Of a stretch of 64,000 bases of DNA, positions 38,110 through 53,300 are shown in pieces. The number at the start of each line of letters is the position of its first letter. The first letter of the stretch is position 1. The notes beneath the pieces are model-generated. The model was not told the DNA's origin and did not search any database. It saw only the letters and a list, made by a program, of their open reading frames with translations. The DNA is from Eledone cirrhosa (Eukaryota). The stretch is from positions 41,788,001 through 41,852,000 of the forward strand of contig OZ024742.1 of the NCBI GenBank assembly GCA_964016885.1, written 5' to 3'. The translations under genes were made by a program, and so were the position numbers.

Positions 38110-40134
38110 GGTTATTAATTATCTTCAGGCATTTCCATTAGCCATATTTTGGTTCTTGTTGGGTCAAACAATGCAGTTTGATTTTCTTTAGACTATGAAA
38201 GAAAGATTGCAAGTTAGATGTCCCAACTACATCAAGAAGTACTGATAATTGTTGCTTTGATGTAATTCAAAATGTAAACGATTTTGTTTACTGTGTATAC
38301 TTTCCTTTTCTTTTAATATCAAATGTTATTTAAAAGAAAATTAATGATTTTCTTTTTTATATATATATATTTTTCTACCAAAAGCCCTCAAAACATTGAC
38401 ATGCTTCTGAGGATTTCTTTTTTATATAATAAGCATGAAAGTTAAGTTTTTCTATTTGTCTTGAAACAACATTGCCATTTCTCAATGTTTCACAAAATTT
38501 GGCACAGAATTCCAAATGCATCCTAGAATAATATATGAAGTAAAAAAAATCGTATCTTTCAATTCTCTCTATGGTAAAACAAGGGTTAGTTAAGAGAAGA
38601 AATGGAGAAAGACTGAAAGTTTTAATGGAGTGGAAGAAAAAAAAAACAGTTGAAGAAGAAACAATCTAAAATGAATTGTCATTTTGTGATGTTGAACTCT
38701 GTTTTTTCTCCTTTAGTCACTCTTTAATCTCTCTCATCAATTCTTCTTTATTCTCCCTCTCTTCAATTTTTCTTTATTCTCTCTTCAATTCTCTGTTATT
38801 CTCTCTCATTTCAGTTCACCCTTTCTCTCTCTCTCTCTCTCACCTACACACACGCACACACTGTATATAAGGAACCACATAAACAAACTTATAATTTAAG
38901 TCATTTAAGCTTTAAAAAATGTTTAATGTTTCTCCATGTGTTCACTCAGGAAATGCCAGGCACCACTACTAATAATTAAATAAAAAGTAAATATAAATGA
39001 AAATAATAAAAGAAAACTTGTTGAACTGCTTATCTGTTTTATAGTCATTCATTTAGAGAGTAAAACGTTCATTGTCCATCTGTCAAACAGGTAACAGTTT
39101 CTTTTCTTTCACTTCTGTATGCCATGTCTACCTGATTATCAGTGAATCAATCAATAAAGGAAATTAAATCAATCAGTTAATCTGTCTCTCTATGTGTTTA
39201 CCTGTTTATGCCTTTTTCTCCTTTCAGGTATAAGTTACATGATACTGTATTATCACAGAATCAATGCAAATGTACATGAACAACAAATCCTAAATGAGGT
39301 AAATGAAAAGTTAGTCATAAGAGGAATGAGATATAATGTGCAAGAGAGAAGACTTTGCTGGTACAGGCATGTGATGTATAATGATAATGGAGGAAGACAG
39401 CTGTAGAAACAGATGCAGGACACACAAAGTGGATTGAGTCTGAATGAAGTAAACTGAGGAAAACATGGGACAAAGTGTTGAAGACTGATTGATCTAAGGA
39501 TGCTGAACTTCACAAAGGATCCTGATGGAGTAGTCGACAAACAGTCAAAATTTGTCTGATGGCTGTGTTGTGTTATTCCAGTAATAATGTTATTCTCCCC
39601 CCACCCCACTCACACATTTGGGTTTATCTGAAACTTTATATAACATTTTTTGACAAGATTCTACTATCTAAATATGCACCCAGTACACTCTGTAAAATAG
39701 TTGACATTAGAAAGGGTATCCATTCATAGGAACTATGCCAAAGAAAGAGTTGAGAGGACTCTCTAGTGAGAGTGCACCCAGTACACGCTGTAAAGTAGTT
39801 GGTGTTGGGAATGGCATCTAGCCATAGAAACCATGCCAATCAAGATGTAGGCTGAGAGGACTCTTCAGTTGTGTCAAGGACAACTTCCCAAGTGTTGATG
39901 CCATAATAAAATGCGCTCAAAATACTCTATAAAGTGATTGGCCAATAGGAAGCTGTAGAAACAATACCAAAGACAGAACATATGTAAGCAGGTCATAGTC
40001 TCTAGCCAGTCTGGGAGGACAGTAGTTCTGATTGAGTACTGACTTGGTTAAATCATGTTAGCATGGAAGAACTGACATTAAATATATATGTATATATATT
40101 GATATTATATTATATCATTTAGTTATGTTCAGAC

Positions 40135-40790
40135 ACAGAACAAAAAAGGAGACATCCTATAAGGATGCCGTTCTTTGAGTTCAAATAATTATTGTTTGGA
40201 GACAACAAACCTTGTAGCATTCTAAATTTCTGACTAAGGCAGAGATGACATCTCTTGGTACCACTAGTATAAAGTCTAATCTTTTCAAGTACCTTCCAAG
40301 TAATCTTATGTGAGACTCTTTTCTTCTTTTTTTGCTGGGGCCATGCTGGTTCTCACATGAGGGTTCCTGAGGGAGTAGAGATGCGAGTAAAACGATCTTG
40401 CATCATACCAACATCTTTTGCTAACTTCAGAATTTTTTGTGGTGTTGTGTGTAATCTCTGCCTCATATACAATGGATTTGATATTACATTTCTGTTGGTG
40501 GGTGTAGTTCTCTTTAATCCTACAAGAGCAGCTTGGATTTATGTAAGGTATATTCTTGGCAGTAATTTTTGGTCTCATAGACGGGCCACGTGAATAGGAT
40601 ATCTTGATGGAATTGCGATTGAAGATTTTTCTGTATCTATGTGTATGAGTGTCATGCTGAATCTTCCTAAAAATTATGTTAAAGGTACATATATCCATGG
40701 AATTCTCAGTCATTTGCACATTAAATTACCAGGCTGTTCTGTTGTTTTAACAGCTGGAATACTCATCAGAAATGGCAGGGGTCATTATAT
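40135..40790 (-). mobile_element. Penelope-like element ORF remnant (RT thumb / GIY-YIG endonuclease)
   Basis: ORF 40306..40719 has RKIFNRNSIKISYS...CSCR...KC.IKSIVYEAEI. A downstream frame gives ITWKVLE..Y.SGTKRCHLCL..K...LNS. Both are characteristic PLE motifs. Confidence 0.75.
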
Positions 40791-42453
40791 ATACAGAGAG
40801 AGAGAGAGAGAAACAATTAGAAAAGTACTGATAAACATAAGTGTATTGATAGATTGCATTAGATAATTGAATATATTGACAGGTATATAAATATATGTAG
40901 CTTTAAATAAATGAAATTACTCTGGCTTTTATTTGAAATAAGAAGTTTTGTTTGCCTCGGTCATTGAGTGTTCATCACCTGAACAAACAAGTTAGATAAT
41001 TCATATAGTCATGAATGTGTTATATATTCTAATGTGTTAGCAACTTCACTGATGGTGGAATTACTATCACAGTCTGGGACAAATTTTGGCTTGTAATCAA
41101 ACAGAACAAAAGCTGAAAGAAAGGTAGTGTTTTGGATTAGCAAATTATCTCCTTTTAAAATACATTTACGTAAAAAAAAAAACTCACACACACACACACA
41201 CAAAGCAGCTGTCTTAGACGTTTTGGCAATGACTCCATTTATCTGCTGATTATATCATCTGCCCCATACTTCTAACTATTGTACTTGATGAATTTTATCT
41301 ATTAGCACACAAATTACTGAACTATATTGACCAGAGCCATTGATTAACAGAAATAAATTTGTTGTTGTTGATATCTTTTCAGAATCTAATTTTGTTACTT
41401 TACAATTTGAGTTACACCTGTAGCTGCAAATATAAAGTTATACTAACAATTTGGATATTAAATTATCATAGGTAGCTATGTAGATAAGAAATTCTCTTTG
41501 CAACCATGTGGTTTCAAGTTCAATCCTGTTGTCTGGTACCTTGGAGCAAGTATTTTCAGCCATAGCTTTGGGTTGACCAATACTTTCTGTGTGGAATTTG
41601 AGAGATAGAACTGCAGAAACCTGTTGCATACATACATTCACATATGTGCATGCAAAATATAATATATATTTATATTTTATGTTGATACAGATTGGTAAAA
41701 AATATAGAAATGTAGTGCTGGCATCATAATAAAATGTACCCAGTACACTCTGTAAAGTGGTAGTGTTGGTGCCATGATAAAATGCACCCTGTAAAGCGTG
41801 TATGGCTGGTGCCATGATAAAATGCACCTAGTACACTCAGCAAAATAGTTGGCATTAGGAAGGGCATTTGGCTGTAGAAACTATGCCAAAATATAGAACA
41901 TATGAGTAAGATGTGGTTCTCAGACCCATATAGTCTTGGACCATGATGAACTGTCCAACTCATGCCAGCATGAAAAGCAGACATAAAATGATGATGATGG
42001 ACATAGAGATTGACAAGAAAACCCAAAACAACAACAAAACAAAAAGTACTATCCAATAATTGTATTATATTCAGTTACACAGGATATGATCTGTACGAGA
42101 TTTGCTGCTGTTTCTAGGAAGCCAAGTGACTGCATAGAATCCCCCCCCCCTCAACCAATGTGTGCATTATGTATGCATTCTTGTGCATATGTCTAGGTGC
42201 ATTTCATTGTACAACTATTTATAATGGAAATATAGATTTCAGTAACTCAATATTTGAACACTATTAATTATTAAGTTTACATATGAATGAGTGCATATTG
42301 CTTAATTACATGAAAGCTGTTTTGTATGTGTGTGTGTGTCTTATGGATTTCTTCTGACCCATCTAGCTTGAGACTGTAACAACCTGTCCAATCCATGCTA
42401 GCATGGAACACAGACATAAAATGATGATGTGTATATATATATATATATATATA

Positions 42454-42560
42454 TACATGGTGTCCCCCCAAAAAATGTATACACACTTTGATTACCTGTA
42501 CAGGCAATATTTATTAGAATGTTGTTGAAGTGTGTATACATTTTTTGGGACACCCTGTAT
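42454..42560. mobile_element. Tc1/mariner MITE
   Basis: TA-flanked TIRs CA.GGTGTCCCC..AAAAAATGTATACACACTT / AAGTGTGTATACATTTTTTGGGACACCCTG. Confidence 0.7.
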
Positions 42561-43275
42561 ATGTGTGGGTATATGTAAAGGCGGAAAATTGGCAGAGTCG
42601 TTAAGCTGTTGGATAGAATGCTTTACGATATTTGTCCCACCTTATTGCGTGCTCTGAGTTCAAATCCCGCCGGTGTCAACTTAGCCTTTCATCCTTTCGT
42701 GGTTGATAAAAAAAAGTACCAGTCCAGCACTGGGGTCGATTCTTCCTCTATAGAAAAAAAACAGCTGTGTTCAGACCTGGTTGGGCTCCGCCAGGTTTAA
42801 AAGTGCCCGAGACATGCTGTATGAAGGTGCCTTTATGACTCCACAAGAGGTTATGGGATCTTTTATATGTAAAGTGCGAGTGCTGATGCCATGAAAAAAG
42901 CACTCTATCAGGTGGTAGTGGTGGTGCCACAAAAAAACAAATCCGGTACACGGCATTAAATGGTTGGAATTAAGAAGGGTATCCAGCCATAGCAACCGTG
43001 CTAAAATGGAACATATGAGCAAGACAGTTGTCTGTCCGTCTGTCCTGCCTGTCTAGCCTCAGAGTGTGACAATCCATTTAACCCATGCAAGTGTGGAAAA
43101 TAGATATAAAACTATGATGATGATTTTATATATATATATATATAAATCAAAATGGATGCAGTAAAAACCAGTTAGACCATTACTCACCAGAGTACTCAAT
43201 ACTTAGAGTGTGATAGTTAGGAACTAGCTGTTGAAACATCAAGAGCTCGGCCATTGGAGTCCCGACTCTTTCATA

Positions 43276-43309
<34 letters not shown>

Positions 43310-44209
43310 ACCTGCCAGATAGTCCTATACGAGCGAAACACAGTCACCCAACCAATCTTGCCTCAAGTGGGACAACTCCCGTCTAACCCATGCTAGCGTG
43401 GAAGATAGACATTAAACGATGATGATGATGATGATGATGATAATTACTATAAGTCTGTGATTGCTTGCTTGCTTGTCTGTAATGTAATACACCCAAAAGG
43501 GCGCATAATAGGAAAATACTTTGAAAGGAAGTTGACCCTGAAATGGGAATACAAATAGAATAAAACAAGTTTCGGATAAATCGGAGCACAGGTTTTTCCG
43601 GGTACCTTCATAAACAAAGAGAGAGAAAGATAGAGAGGAAAAGATAATGGTTGTGACAAAGTAGATTGAAAGATAGATAGAAAGTAGATAGAAAGTAGAT
43701 AGAAAGGGGCAGAGGAGACAGAGAAGGAGAACGGAAGAGAGAAAGCTGATGGTGTTGTTGTGTGTATATATATATGTGAGTGTGTGTGTATATATATATG
43801 TGTGTGTGTATATGTGTGTGTGTGTCTATGACCAGTGTATATAGATCACAGACACCCCCATATATATATACACACACACATATATATATATATGTATACG
43901 CACACATACATTTATATATATACATACACACACATATATATATGGGCCTTCCAATTTCATTTCACATTATATACATGTCTGTGTATATTTTAATTATTTA
44001 AAAAATATTTTGAAGTGAATATGATGCGAGTCACGGGTGGTCTAGTATTTATATATTAATAAAAGATCGGAAGCCATATTCAGTTGATTCAGATTTATTT
44101 AAAACTCTGTTATACATGTTTCACTGAGGAATATCAATTATGGTAGCCTGAGCTCTTCAGATGGCAAAACCTAAAATAAACATAGAAAATTCCTAAGAAA
44201 CCTTTAAAT

Positions 44210-44356
44210 TTGGAAAAATCTAATAATTTCCCTGAAAAAAGATTTTTTTCTAATGATACAGGGGGGTGGACAAACGCATGGTGTTGTTTCTTCGCCGGCC
44301 GGCCCCTGTATCATGAAAAGAAAATCTTTTTCGGGGAAATAATTAGATTTTTCCAA
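44210..44356. repeat. Hairpin with ~55-bp arms at the satellite boundary
   Basis: TTGGAAAAATCTAAT...GATACAGGGG (44210-44264) pairs with CCCCTGTATCAT...ATTAGATTTTTCCAA (44303-44356). Confidence 0.8.
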
Positions 44357-44362
44357 CCTTCA

Positions 44363-47300
44363 AGGTGTACTGGGTGCTTTTTGTCGTGTCACCAACATGA
44401 CCACTTTATAGTGTGGGTTGGGATGCTTTCTGTCGCGACAACAACATGACCACTTTACAGTGTGGGTTGGGTGCTTTCTGTCGCGACAACAACATGACCA
44501 CTTTACAGTGTGGGTTGGGTGCTTTCTGTCGTGACAACAACATGACCACTTTACAGTGTGGGTTGGGTGCTTTCTGTCGTGACAACAACATGACCACTTT
44601 ACAGTGTGGGTTGGGATGCTTTCTGTCGTGACAACAACATGACCACTTTACAGTGTGGGTTGGGTGCTTTCTGTCGTGACAACAACATGACCACTTTACA
44701 GTGTGGGTTGGGTGCTTTCTGTCGTGACAACAACATGACCACTTTACAGTGTGGGTTGGGATGCTTTCTGTCGTGACAACAACATGACCACTTTACAGTG
44801 TGGGTTGGGTGCTTTCTGTCGTAACAACAACATGACCACTTTACAGTGTGGGTTGGGTGCTTTCTGTCGTGACAACAACATGACCACTTTACAGTGTGGG
44901 TTGGGTGCTTTCTGTCGTGACAACAACATGACCACTTTACAGTGTGGGTTGGGATGCTTTCTGTCGTGACAACAACATGACCACTTTACAGTGTGGGTTG
45001 GGTGCTTTCTGTCGTGACAACAACATGACCACTTTACAGTGTGGGTTGGGATGCTTTCTGTCGTGACAACAACATGACCAGTTTACAGTGTGGGTTGGGA
45101 TGCTTTCTGTCGTGACAACAACATGACCACTTTACAGTGTGGGTTGGGATGCTTTCTGTCGCGACAACAACATGACCACTTTACAGTGTGGGTTGGGTGC
45201 TTTCTGTCGTGACAACATCATGACCACTTTACAGTGTGGGTTGGGATGCTTTCTGTCGTGACAACATCATGATCACTTTACAGTGTGGGTTGGGTGCTTT
45301 CTGTCATGACAACAACATGACCACTTTACAGTGTGGGTTGGGTGCTTTCTGTCGTAATAACATCATGACCACTTTACAGTGTGCGTTGGGTGCTTTCTGT
45401 CGTGACAACAACATGACCACTTTACAGTGTGGGTTGGGTGCTTTCTGTCATGACAACAACATGACCACTTTACAGTGTGGGTTGGGTGCTTTCTGTCGTG
45501 ACAACAACATGACCACTTTACAGTGTGGGTTGGGTGCTTTCTGTCATGACAACAACATGACCACTTTACAGTGTGGGTTGGGTGCTTTCTGTCATGACAA
45601 CAACATGACCACTTTACAGTGTGGGTTGGGTGCTTTCTGTCGTGACAACAACATGACCACTTTACAGTGTGCGTTGGGTGCTTTCTGTCATGACAACAAC
45701 ATGACCACTTTACAGTGTGGGTTGGGTGCTTTCTGTCGTGACAACAACATGACCACTTTACAGTGTGGGTTGGGTGCTTTCTGTCGCGACAACAACATGA
45801 CCACTTTACAGTGTGCGTTGGGTGCTTTCTGTCATGACAACAACATGACCACTTTACAGTGTGGGTTGGGTGCTTTCTGTCATGACAACAACATGACCAC
45901 TTTACAGTGTGGGTTGGGTGCTTTCTGTCATGACAACAACATGACCACTTTACAGTGTGCGTTGGGTGCTTTCTGTCGTGACAACAACATGACCACTTTA
46001 CAGTGTGGGTTGGGTGCTTTCTGTCATGACAACAACATGACCACTTTACAGTGTGCGTTGGGTGCTTTCTGTCATGACAACAACATGACCACTTTACAGT
46101 GTGGGTTGGGTGCTTTCTGTCATGACAACAACATGACCACTTTACAGTGTGGGTTGGGTGCTTTCTGTCATGACAACAACATGACCACTTTACAGTGTGC
46201 GTTGGGTGCTTTCTGTCATGACAACAACATGACCACTTTACAGTGTGGGTTGGGTGCTTTCTGTCGTGACAACAACATGACCACTTTACAGTGTGGGTTG
46301 GGTGCTTTCTGTCGCGACAACAACATGACCACTTTACAGTGTGCGTTGGGTGCTTTCTGTCATGACAACAACATGACCACTTTACAGTGTGGGTTGGGTG
46401 CTTTCTGTCATGACAACAACATGACCACTTTACAGTGTGGGTTGGGTGCTTTCTGTCATGACAACAACATGACCACTTTACAGTGTGGGTTGGGTGCTTT
46501 CTGTCGTGACAACAACATGACCACTTTACAGTGTGGGTTGGGTGCTTTCTGTCATGACAACAACATGACCACTTTACAGTGTGCGTTGGGTGCTTTCTGT
46601 CATGACAACAACATGACCACTTTACAGTGTGGGTTGGGTGCTTTCTGTCATGACAACAACATGACCACTTTACAGTGTGGGTTGGGTGCTTTCTGTCATG
46701 ACAACAACATGACCACTTTACAGTGTGCGTTGGGTGCTTTCTGTCATGACAACAACATGACCACTTTACAGTGTGGGTTGGGTGCTTTCTGTCGTGACAA
46801 CAACATGACCACTTTACAGTGTGGGTTGGGTGCTTTCTGTCATGACAACAACATGACCACTTTACAGTGTGGGTTGGGTGCTTTCTGTCATGACAACAAC
46901 ATGACCACTTTACAGTGTGGGTTGGGTGCTTTCTGTCGTGACAACAACATGACCACTTTACAGTGTGGGTTGGGTGCTTTCTGTCATGACAACAACATGA
47001 CCACTTTACAGTGTGGGTTGGGTGCTTTCTGTCGTGACAACAACATGACCACTTTACAGTGTGGGTTGGGTGCTTTCTGTCATGACAACAACATGACCAC
47101 TTTACAGTGTGGGTTGGGTGCTTTCTGTCATGACAACAACATGACCACTTTACAGTGTGCGTTGGGTGCTTTCTGTCATGACAACAACATGACCACTTTA
47201 CAGTGTGCGTTGGGTGCTTTCTGTCATGACAACAACATGACCACTTTACAGTGTGGGTTGGGTGCTTTCTGTCATGACAACAACATGACCACTTTACAGT

Positions 47301-50300
47301 GTGGGTTGGGTGCTTTCTGTCGTGACAACAACATGACCACTTTACAGTGTGCGTTGGGTGCTTTCTGTCATGACAACAACATGACCACTTTACAGTGTGC
47401 GTTGGGTGCTTTCTGTCATGACAACAACATGACCACTTTACAGTGTGGGTTGGGTGCTTTCTGTCGTGACAACAACATGACCACTTTACAGTGTGCGTTG
47501 GGTGCTTTCTGTCGTGACAACAACATGACCACTTTACAGTGTGGGTTGGGTGCTTTCTGTCATGACAACAACATGACCACTTTACAGTGTGGGTTGGGTG
47601 CTTTCTGTCATGACAACAACATGACCACTTTACAGTGTGGGTTGGGTGCTTTCTGTCATGACAACAACATGACCACTTTACAGTGTGCGTTGGGTGCTTT
47701 CTGTCATGACAACAACATGACCACTTTACAGTGTGGGTTGGGTGCTTTCTGTCGTGACAACAACATGACCACTTTACAGTGTGGGTTGGGTGCTTTCTGT
47801 CGTGACAACAACATGACCACTTTACAGTGTGCGTTGGGTGCTTTCTGTCATGACAACAACATGACCACTTTACAGTGTGGGTTGGGTGCTTTCTGTCATG
47901 ACAACAACATGACCACTTTACAGTGTGGGTTGGGTGCTTTCTGTCATGACAACAACATGACCACTTTACAGTGTGCGTTGGGTGCTTTCTGTCATGACAA
48001 CAACATGACCACTTTACAGTGTGGGTTGGGTGCTTTCTGTCGTGACAACAACATGACCACTTTACAGTGTGGGTTGGGTGCTTTCTGTCATGACAACAAC
48101 ATGACCACTTTACAGTGTGGGTTGGGTGCTTTCTGTCATGACAACAACATGACCACTTTACAGTGTGGGTTGGGTGCTTTCTGTCGTGACAACAACATGA
48201 CCACTTTACAGTGTGGGTTGGGTGCTTTCTGTCATGACAACAACATGACCACTTTACAGTGTGGGTTGGGTGCTTTCTGTCGTGACAACAACATGACCAC
48301 TTTACAGTGTGGGTTGGGTGCTTTCTGTCATGACAACAACATGACCACTTTACAGTGTGGGTTGGGTGCTTTCTGTCATGACAACAACATGACCACTTTA
48401 CAGTGTGGGTTGGGTGCTTTCTGTCATGACAACAACATGACCACTTTACAGTGTGCGTTGGGTGCTTTCTGTCATGACAACAACATGACCACTTTACAGT
48501 GTGGGTTGGGTGCTTTCTGTCATGACAACAACATGACCACTTTACAGTGTGGGTTGGGTGCTTTCTGTCGTGACAACAACATGACCACTTTACAGTGTGC
48601 GTTGGGTGCTTTCTGTCATGACAACAACATGACCACTTTACAGTGTGCGTTGGGTGCTTTCTGTCATGACAACAACATGACCACTTTACAGTGTGGGTTG
48701 GGTGCTTTCTGTCGTGACAACAACATGACCACTTTACAGTGTGCGTTGGGTGCTTTCTGTCGTGACAACAACATGACCACTTTACAGTGTGGGTTGGGTG
48801 CTTTCTGTCATGACAACAACATGACCACTTTACAGTGTGGGTTGGGTGCTTTCTGTCGTGACAACAACATGACCACTTTACAGTGTGGGTTGGGTGCTTT
48901 CTGTCATGACAACAACATGACCACTTTACAGTGTGGGTTGGGTGCTTTCTGTCGTGACAACAACATGACCACTTTACAGTGTGGGTTGGGATGCTTTCTG
49001 TCGTGACAACATCATGATCACTTTACAGTGTGGGTTGGGTGCTTTCTGTCGTGACAACAACATGACCACTTTACAGTGTGGGTTGGGTGCTTTCTGTCGT
49101 GACAACAACATGACCACTTTACAGTGTGGGTTGGGTGCTTTCTGTCATGACAACAACATGACCACTTTACAGTGTGGGTTGGGTGCTTTCTGTCGTGACA
49201 ACAACATAACCACTTAACAGTGTGGGTTGGGTGCTTTCTGTCGTGACAACATGACCACTTTACAGTGTGGGTTGGGTGCTTTCTGTCGCGACAACATCAT
49301 GACCACTTTACAGTGTGGGTTGGGTGCTTTCTGTCGTGACAATAACATGACCACTTTACAGTGTGGGTTGGGTGCTTTCTGTCGTGACATCATGACCACT
49401 TTACAGTGTGGGTTGGGTGCTTTCTGTCGTAACAACAACATGACCACTTTACAGTGTGGGTTGGGTGCTTTCTGTCGTGACATCATGACCACTTTACAAT
49501 GTGGGTTGAGTGCTTTCTGTCATAACAACATCATGACACTTTACAGTGTGGGTTGGGTGCTTTCTGTCGTGACAACATGACCACTTTACAGTGTGGGTTG
49601 GGATGCTTTCTGTCGCGACAACATCATGACCACTTTACAGTGTGGGTTGGGTGCTTTCTGTCGTGACAACATGACCACTTTACAGTGTGGGTTGGATGCT
49701 TTCTGTTGTGACAACAACATGACCACTTTACAGTGTGGGTTGGATGCTTTCTGTCGTGACAACATCATGACCACTTTACAGTGTGGGTTGGGTGCTTTCT
49801 GTCGTAACAACATCATGACTAGTTTACAGTGGGGGTTGGGTGCTTTCTGTCGTAACAACATCATGATCACTTTACTGTGTGGGTTGGGTGCTTTCTGTCG
49901 TGACAACAACATGACCACTTTACAGTGTGGGTTGGGTGCTTTCTGTCGTGACAACAACATGACCACTTTACAGTGTGGGTTGGGTGCTTTCTGTCGTGAC
50001 ATCATGACCACTTTACAGTGTGGTTTGGGTGCTTTCAGTCGTGAAAACATCATAACCACTTTATAGTGTGGGTTGGGTGCTTTCTGTCGTGACATCATGA
50101 CCACTTTACAGTGTGGGTTGGGTGCTTTCTGTCGTAACAACATCATGACCACTTTACAGTGTGGGTTGGGTGCTTTCTGTCGTGACAACAACATGACCAC
50201 TTTACAGTGTGGGTTGGGTGCTTTCTGTTGCGACAACATCATGATCACTTTACAGTGTGGGTTGGGTGCTTTCTGTCGTGACAACAAGATGACCATTTTA

Positions 50301-53300
50301 CAGTGTGGGTTGGGTGCTTTCTGTCGTAACAACATCATGACCACTTTACAATGTGGGTTGGGTGCTTTCTGTCGTGACATCATGACCACTTTACAGTGTG
50401 GGTTGGGTGCTTTCTGTCGTGACAACAACATGACCACTTTACAGTGTGGGTTGGGTGCTTTCTGTCGTGACAACAAGATGACCATTTTACAGTGTGGGTT
50501 GGGTGCTTTCTGTCGTAACAACATCATGACCACTTTACAATGTGGGTTGGGTGCTTTCTGTCGTGACATCATGACCACTTTACAGTGTGGGTTGGCTGCT
50601 TTCTGTTGTGACAACAACATGACCACTTTACAGTGTGGGTTGGATGCTTTCTGTCGCCACAACAACATGACCACTTTACAGTGTGGGTTGGGTGCTCTCT
50701 GTCGTGACATCATGACCACTTTACAGCGTGGGTTGGGTGCTTTCTGTCGTGACAACATCATGACCACTTTACAGTGTGGGTTGGGTGCTTTCTGTCATGA
50801 CAACAACATGACCACTTTACAGTGTGGGTTGGGTGCTTTCTGTCGTGACAACATCATGACCACTTTACAGTGTGGGTTGGGTGCTTTCTGTCGTGACAAC
50901 AACATGACCACTTAACAGTGTGGGTTGGGTGCTTTCTGTCATGAAAACAACATGACCACTTAACAGTGTGGGTTGGGTGCTTTCTGTCATGACAACAACA
51001 TGACCACTTTACAGTGTGGGTTGGGTGCTTTCTGTCGTGACAACAACATGACCACTTTACAGTGTGGGTTGGGTGCTTTCTGTCGTAACAACATGACCAC
51101 TTTACAGTGTGGGTTGGGTGCTTTCTGTCGTGACATCATGACCACTTTACAGTGTGGGTTGGGTGCTTTCTGTCGTAACAACAACATGACCACTTTACAG
51201 TGTGGGTTGGGTGCTTTCTGTCGTGACAACAACATGACCACTTTACAGTGTGGGTTGGGTGCTTTCTGTCGTGACAACAACATGACCACTTTACAGTGTG
51301 GTTGGGTGCTTTCTGTCGTGACATCATGACCACTTTACAGTGTAGGTTGGGTGCTTTCAGTCGTGAAAACATCATAACCACTTTATAGTGTGGGTTGGGT
51401 GCTTTCTGTCGTGACATCATGACCACTTTACAGTGTGGGTTGGGTGCTTTCTGTCGTAACAACATCATGACCACTTTACAGTGTGGGTTGGGTGCTTTCT
51501 GTCGTGACAACAACATGACCACTTTACAGTGTGGGTTGGGTGCTTTCTGTCGTGACAACATCATGACCACTTTACAATGTGGGGTTGGGTGCTTTCTGTC
51601 GTGACAACAAGATGACCATTTTACAGTGTGGGTTGGGTGCTTTCTGTCGTAACAACATCATGACCACTTTACAATGTGGGTTGGGTGCTTTCTGTCGTGA
51701 CATCATGACCACTTTACAGTGTGGGTTGGGTGCTTTCTGTCATGACAACAACATGACCACTTTACAGTGTGGGTTGGGTGCTTTCTGTCGTGACAACAAC
51801 ATGACCACTTTACAGTGTGGGTTGGATGCTTTCTGTCGCGACAACATGACCACTTTACAGTGTGGGTTGGGTGCTTTCTGTCGTGACATCATGACCACTT
51901 TACAGTGTGGGTTGGGTGCTTTCTGTCGTGACAACAACATGACCACTTTACAGTGTGGGTTGGGTGCTGTCTGTCGCGACAACAACATGACCACTTTACA
52001 GTGTGGGTTGGATGCTTTCTGTCGCGACAACAACATGACCACTTTACAGTGTGGGTTGGATGCTTTCTGTCATGACAACAACATGACCACTTTACAGTGT
52101 GGGTTGGGTGCTTTCAGTCGTGACAACAACATGACCACTTTACAGTGTGGGTTGGGTGCTTTCTGTCGTAACGACAACATGATCACTTTACAGTGTGGGT
52201 TGGATGCTTTCTGTCGCGACAACAACATGACCACTTTACAGTGTGGGTTGGATGCTTTCTGTCGCGACAACAACATGACCACTTTACAGTGTGGGTTGGG
52301 TGCTTTCTGTCGTGACAACAACATGATCACTTTACAGTGTGGGTTGGATGCTTTCTGTCGCGACAACAACATGACCACTTTACAGTGTGGGTTGGGTGCT
52401 TTCTGTCGTGACATGATGACCACTTTACAGTGTGGGTTGGATGCTTTCCGTTGTAACAACAACATGACCACTTTACAGTGTGGGTTGGATGCTTTCTGTC
52501 GTGACAACAACATGACCACTTTACAGTGTGGTGGGTGCTTTCTGTCGTGACATGATGACCACTTTACAGTGTGGGTTGGAAGCTTTCTGTCGTAACATCA
52601 TGACCACTTTACAATGTGGGTTGGGTGCTTTCTGTCGTGACATCATGACCACTTTACAGTGTGGGTTGGGTGCTTTCTGTCATGACAACAACATGACCAC
52701 TTTACAGTGTGGGTTGGGTGCTTTCTGTCGTGACAACAACATGACCACTTTACAGTGTGGGTTGGGTGCTTTCTGTCGTGACAAAAACATGACCACTTTA
52801 CAGTGTGGGTTGGATGCTTTCTGTCGCGACAACAACATGACCACTTTACAGTGTGGGTTGGGGGCTTTCTGTCGTGACATGATGACCACTTTACAGTGTA
52901 GGTTGGGTGCTTTCTGTCGTCACAACAACATGATCACTTTACAGTGTGGGTTGGATGCTTTCTGTCGCGACAACAACATGACCACTTTACAGTGTAGGTT
53001 GGGTGCTTTCTGTCGTGACAACAACATGATCACTTTACAGTGTGGGTTGGATGCTTTCTGTCGCGACAACAACATGACCACTTTACAGTGTGGGTTGGGG
53101 GCTTTCTGTCGTGACATGATGACCACTTTACAGTGTGGGTTGGATGCTTTCCGTCGTAACAACAACATGACCACTTTACTGCGTGGGTTGGGTGCTTACT
53201 GTCGTGACGACAACATGACCACTTTACAGTGTGGGTTGGATGCTTTCTGTCGTGACAACAACATGACCACTTTACAGTGTGGTTTGGGTGCTTTCTGTCG

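Noticed and set aside
38120-41420. Possible exons of a third gene on the - strand (e.g. VLLDVVGTSNLQSFFHSLRENQTALFDPTRTKIWLMEMPEDN*, MHLEFCAKFCETL..., GDNLLIQNTTFLSAF...)
   Set aside because: Some AG acceptors look plausible, but no consistent phase-matched exon chain or recognisable homology could be built. RNA-seq or BLAST would be needed.
43447-44046. Helitron with 3' CACGGGTGGTCTAG end
   Set aside because: The 3' motif is suggestive, but the 5' boundary could not be defined.
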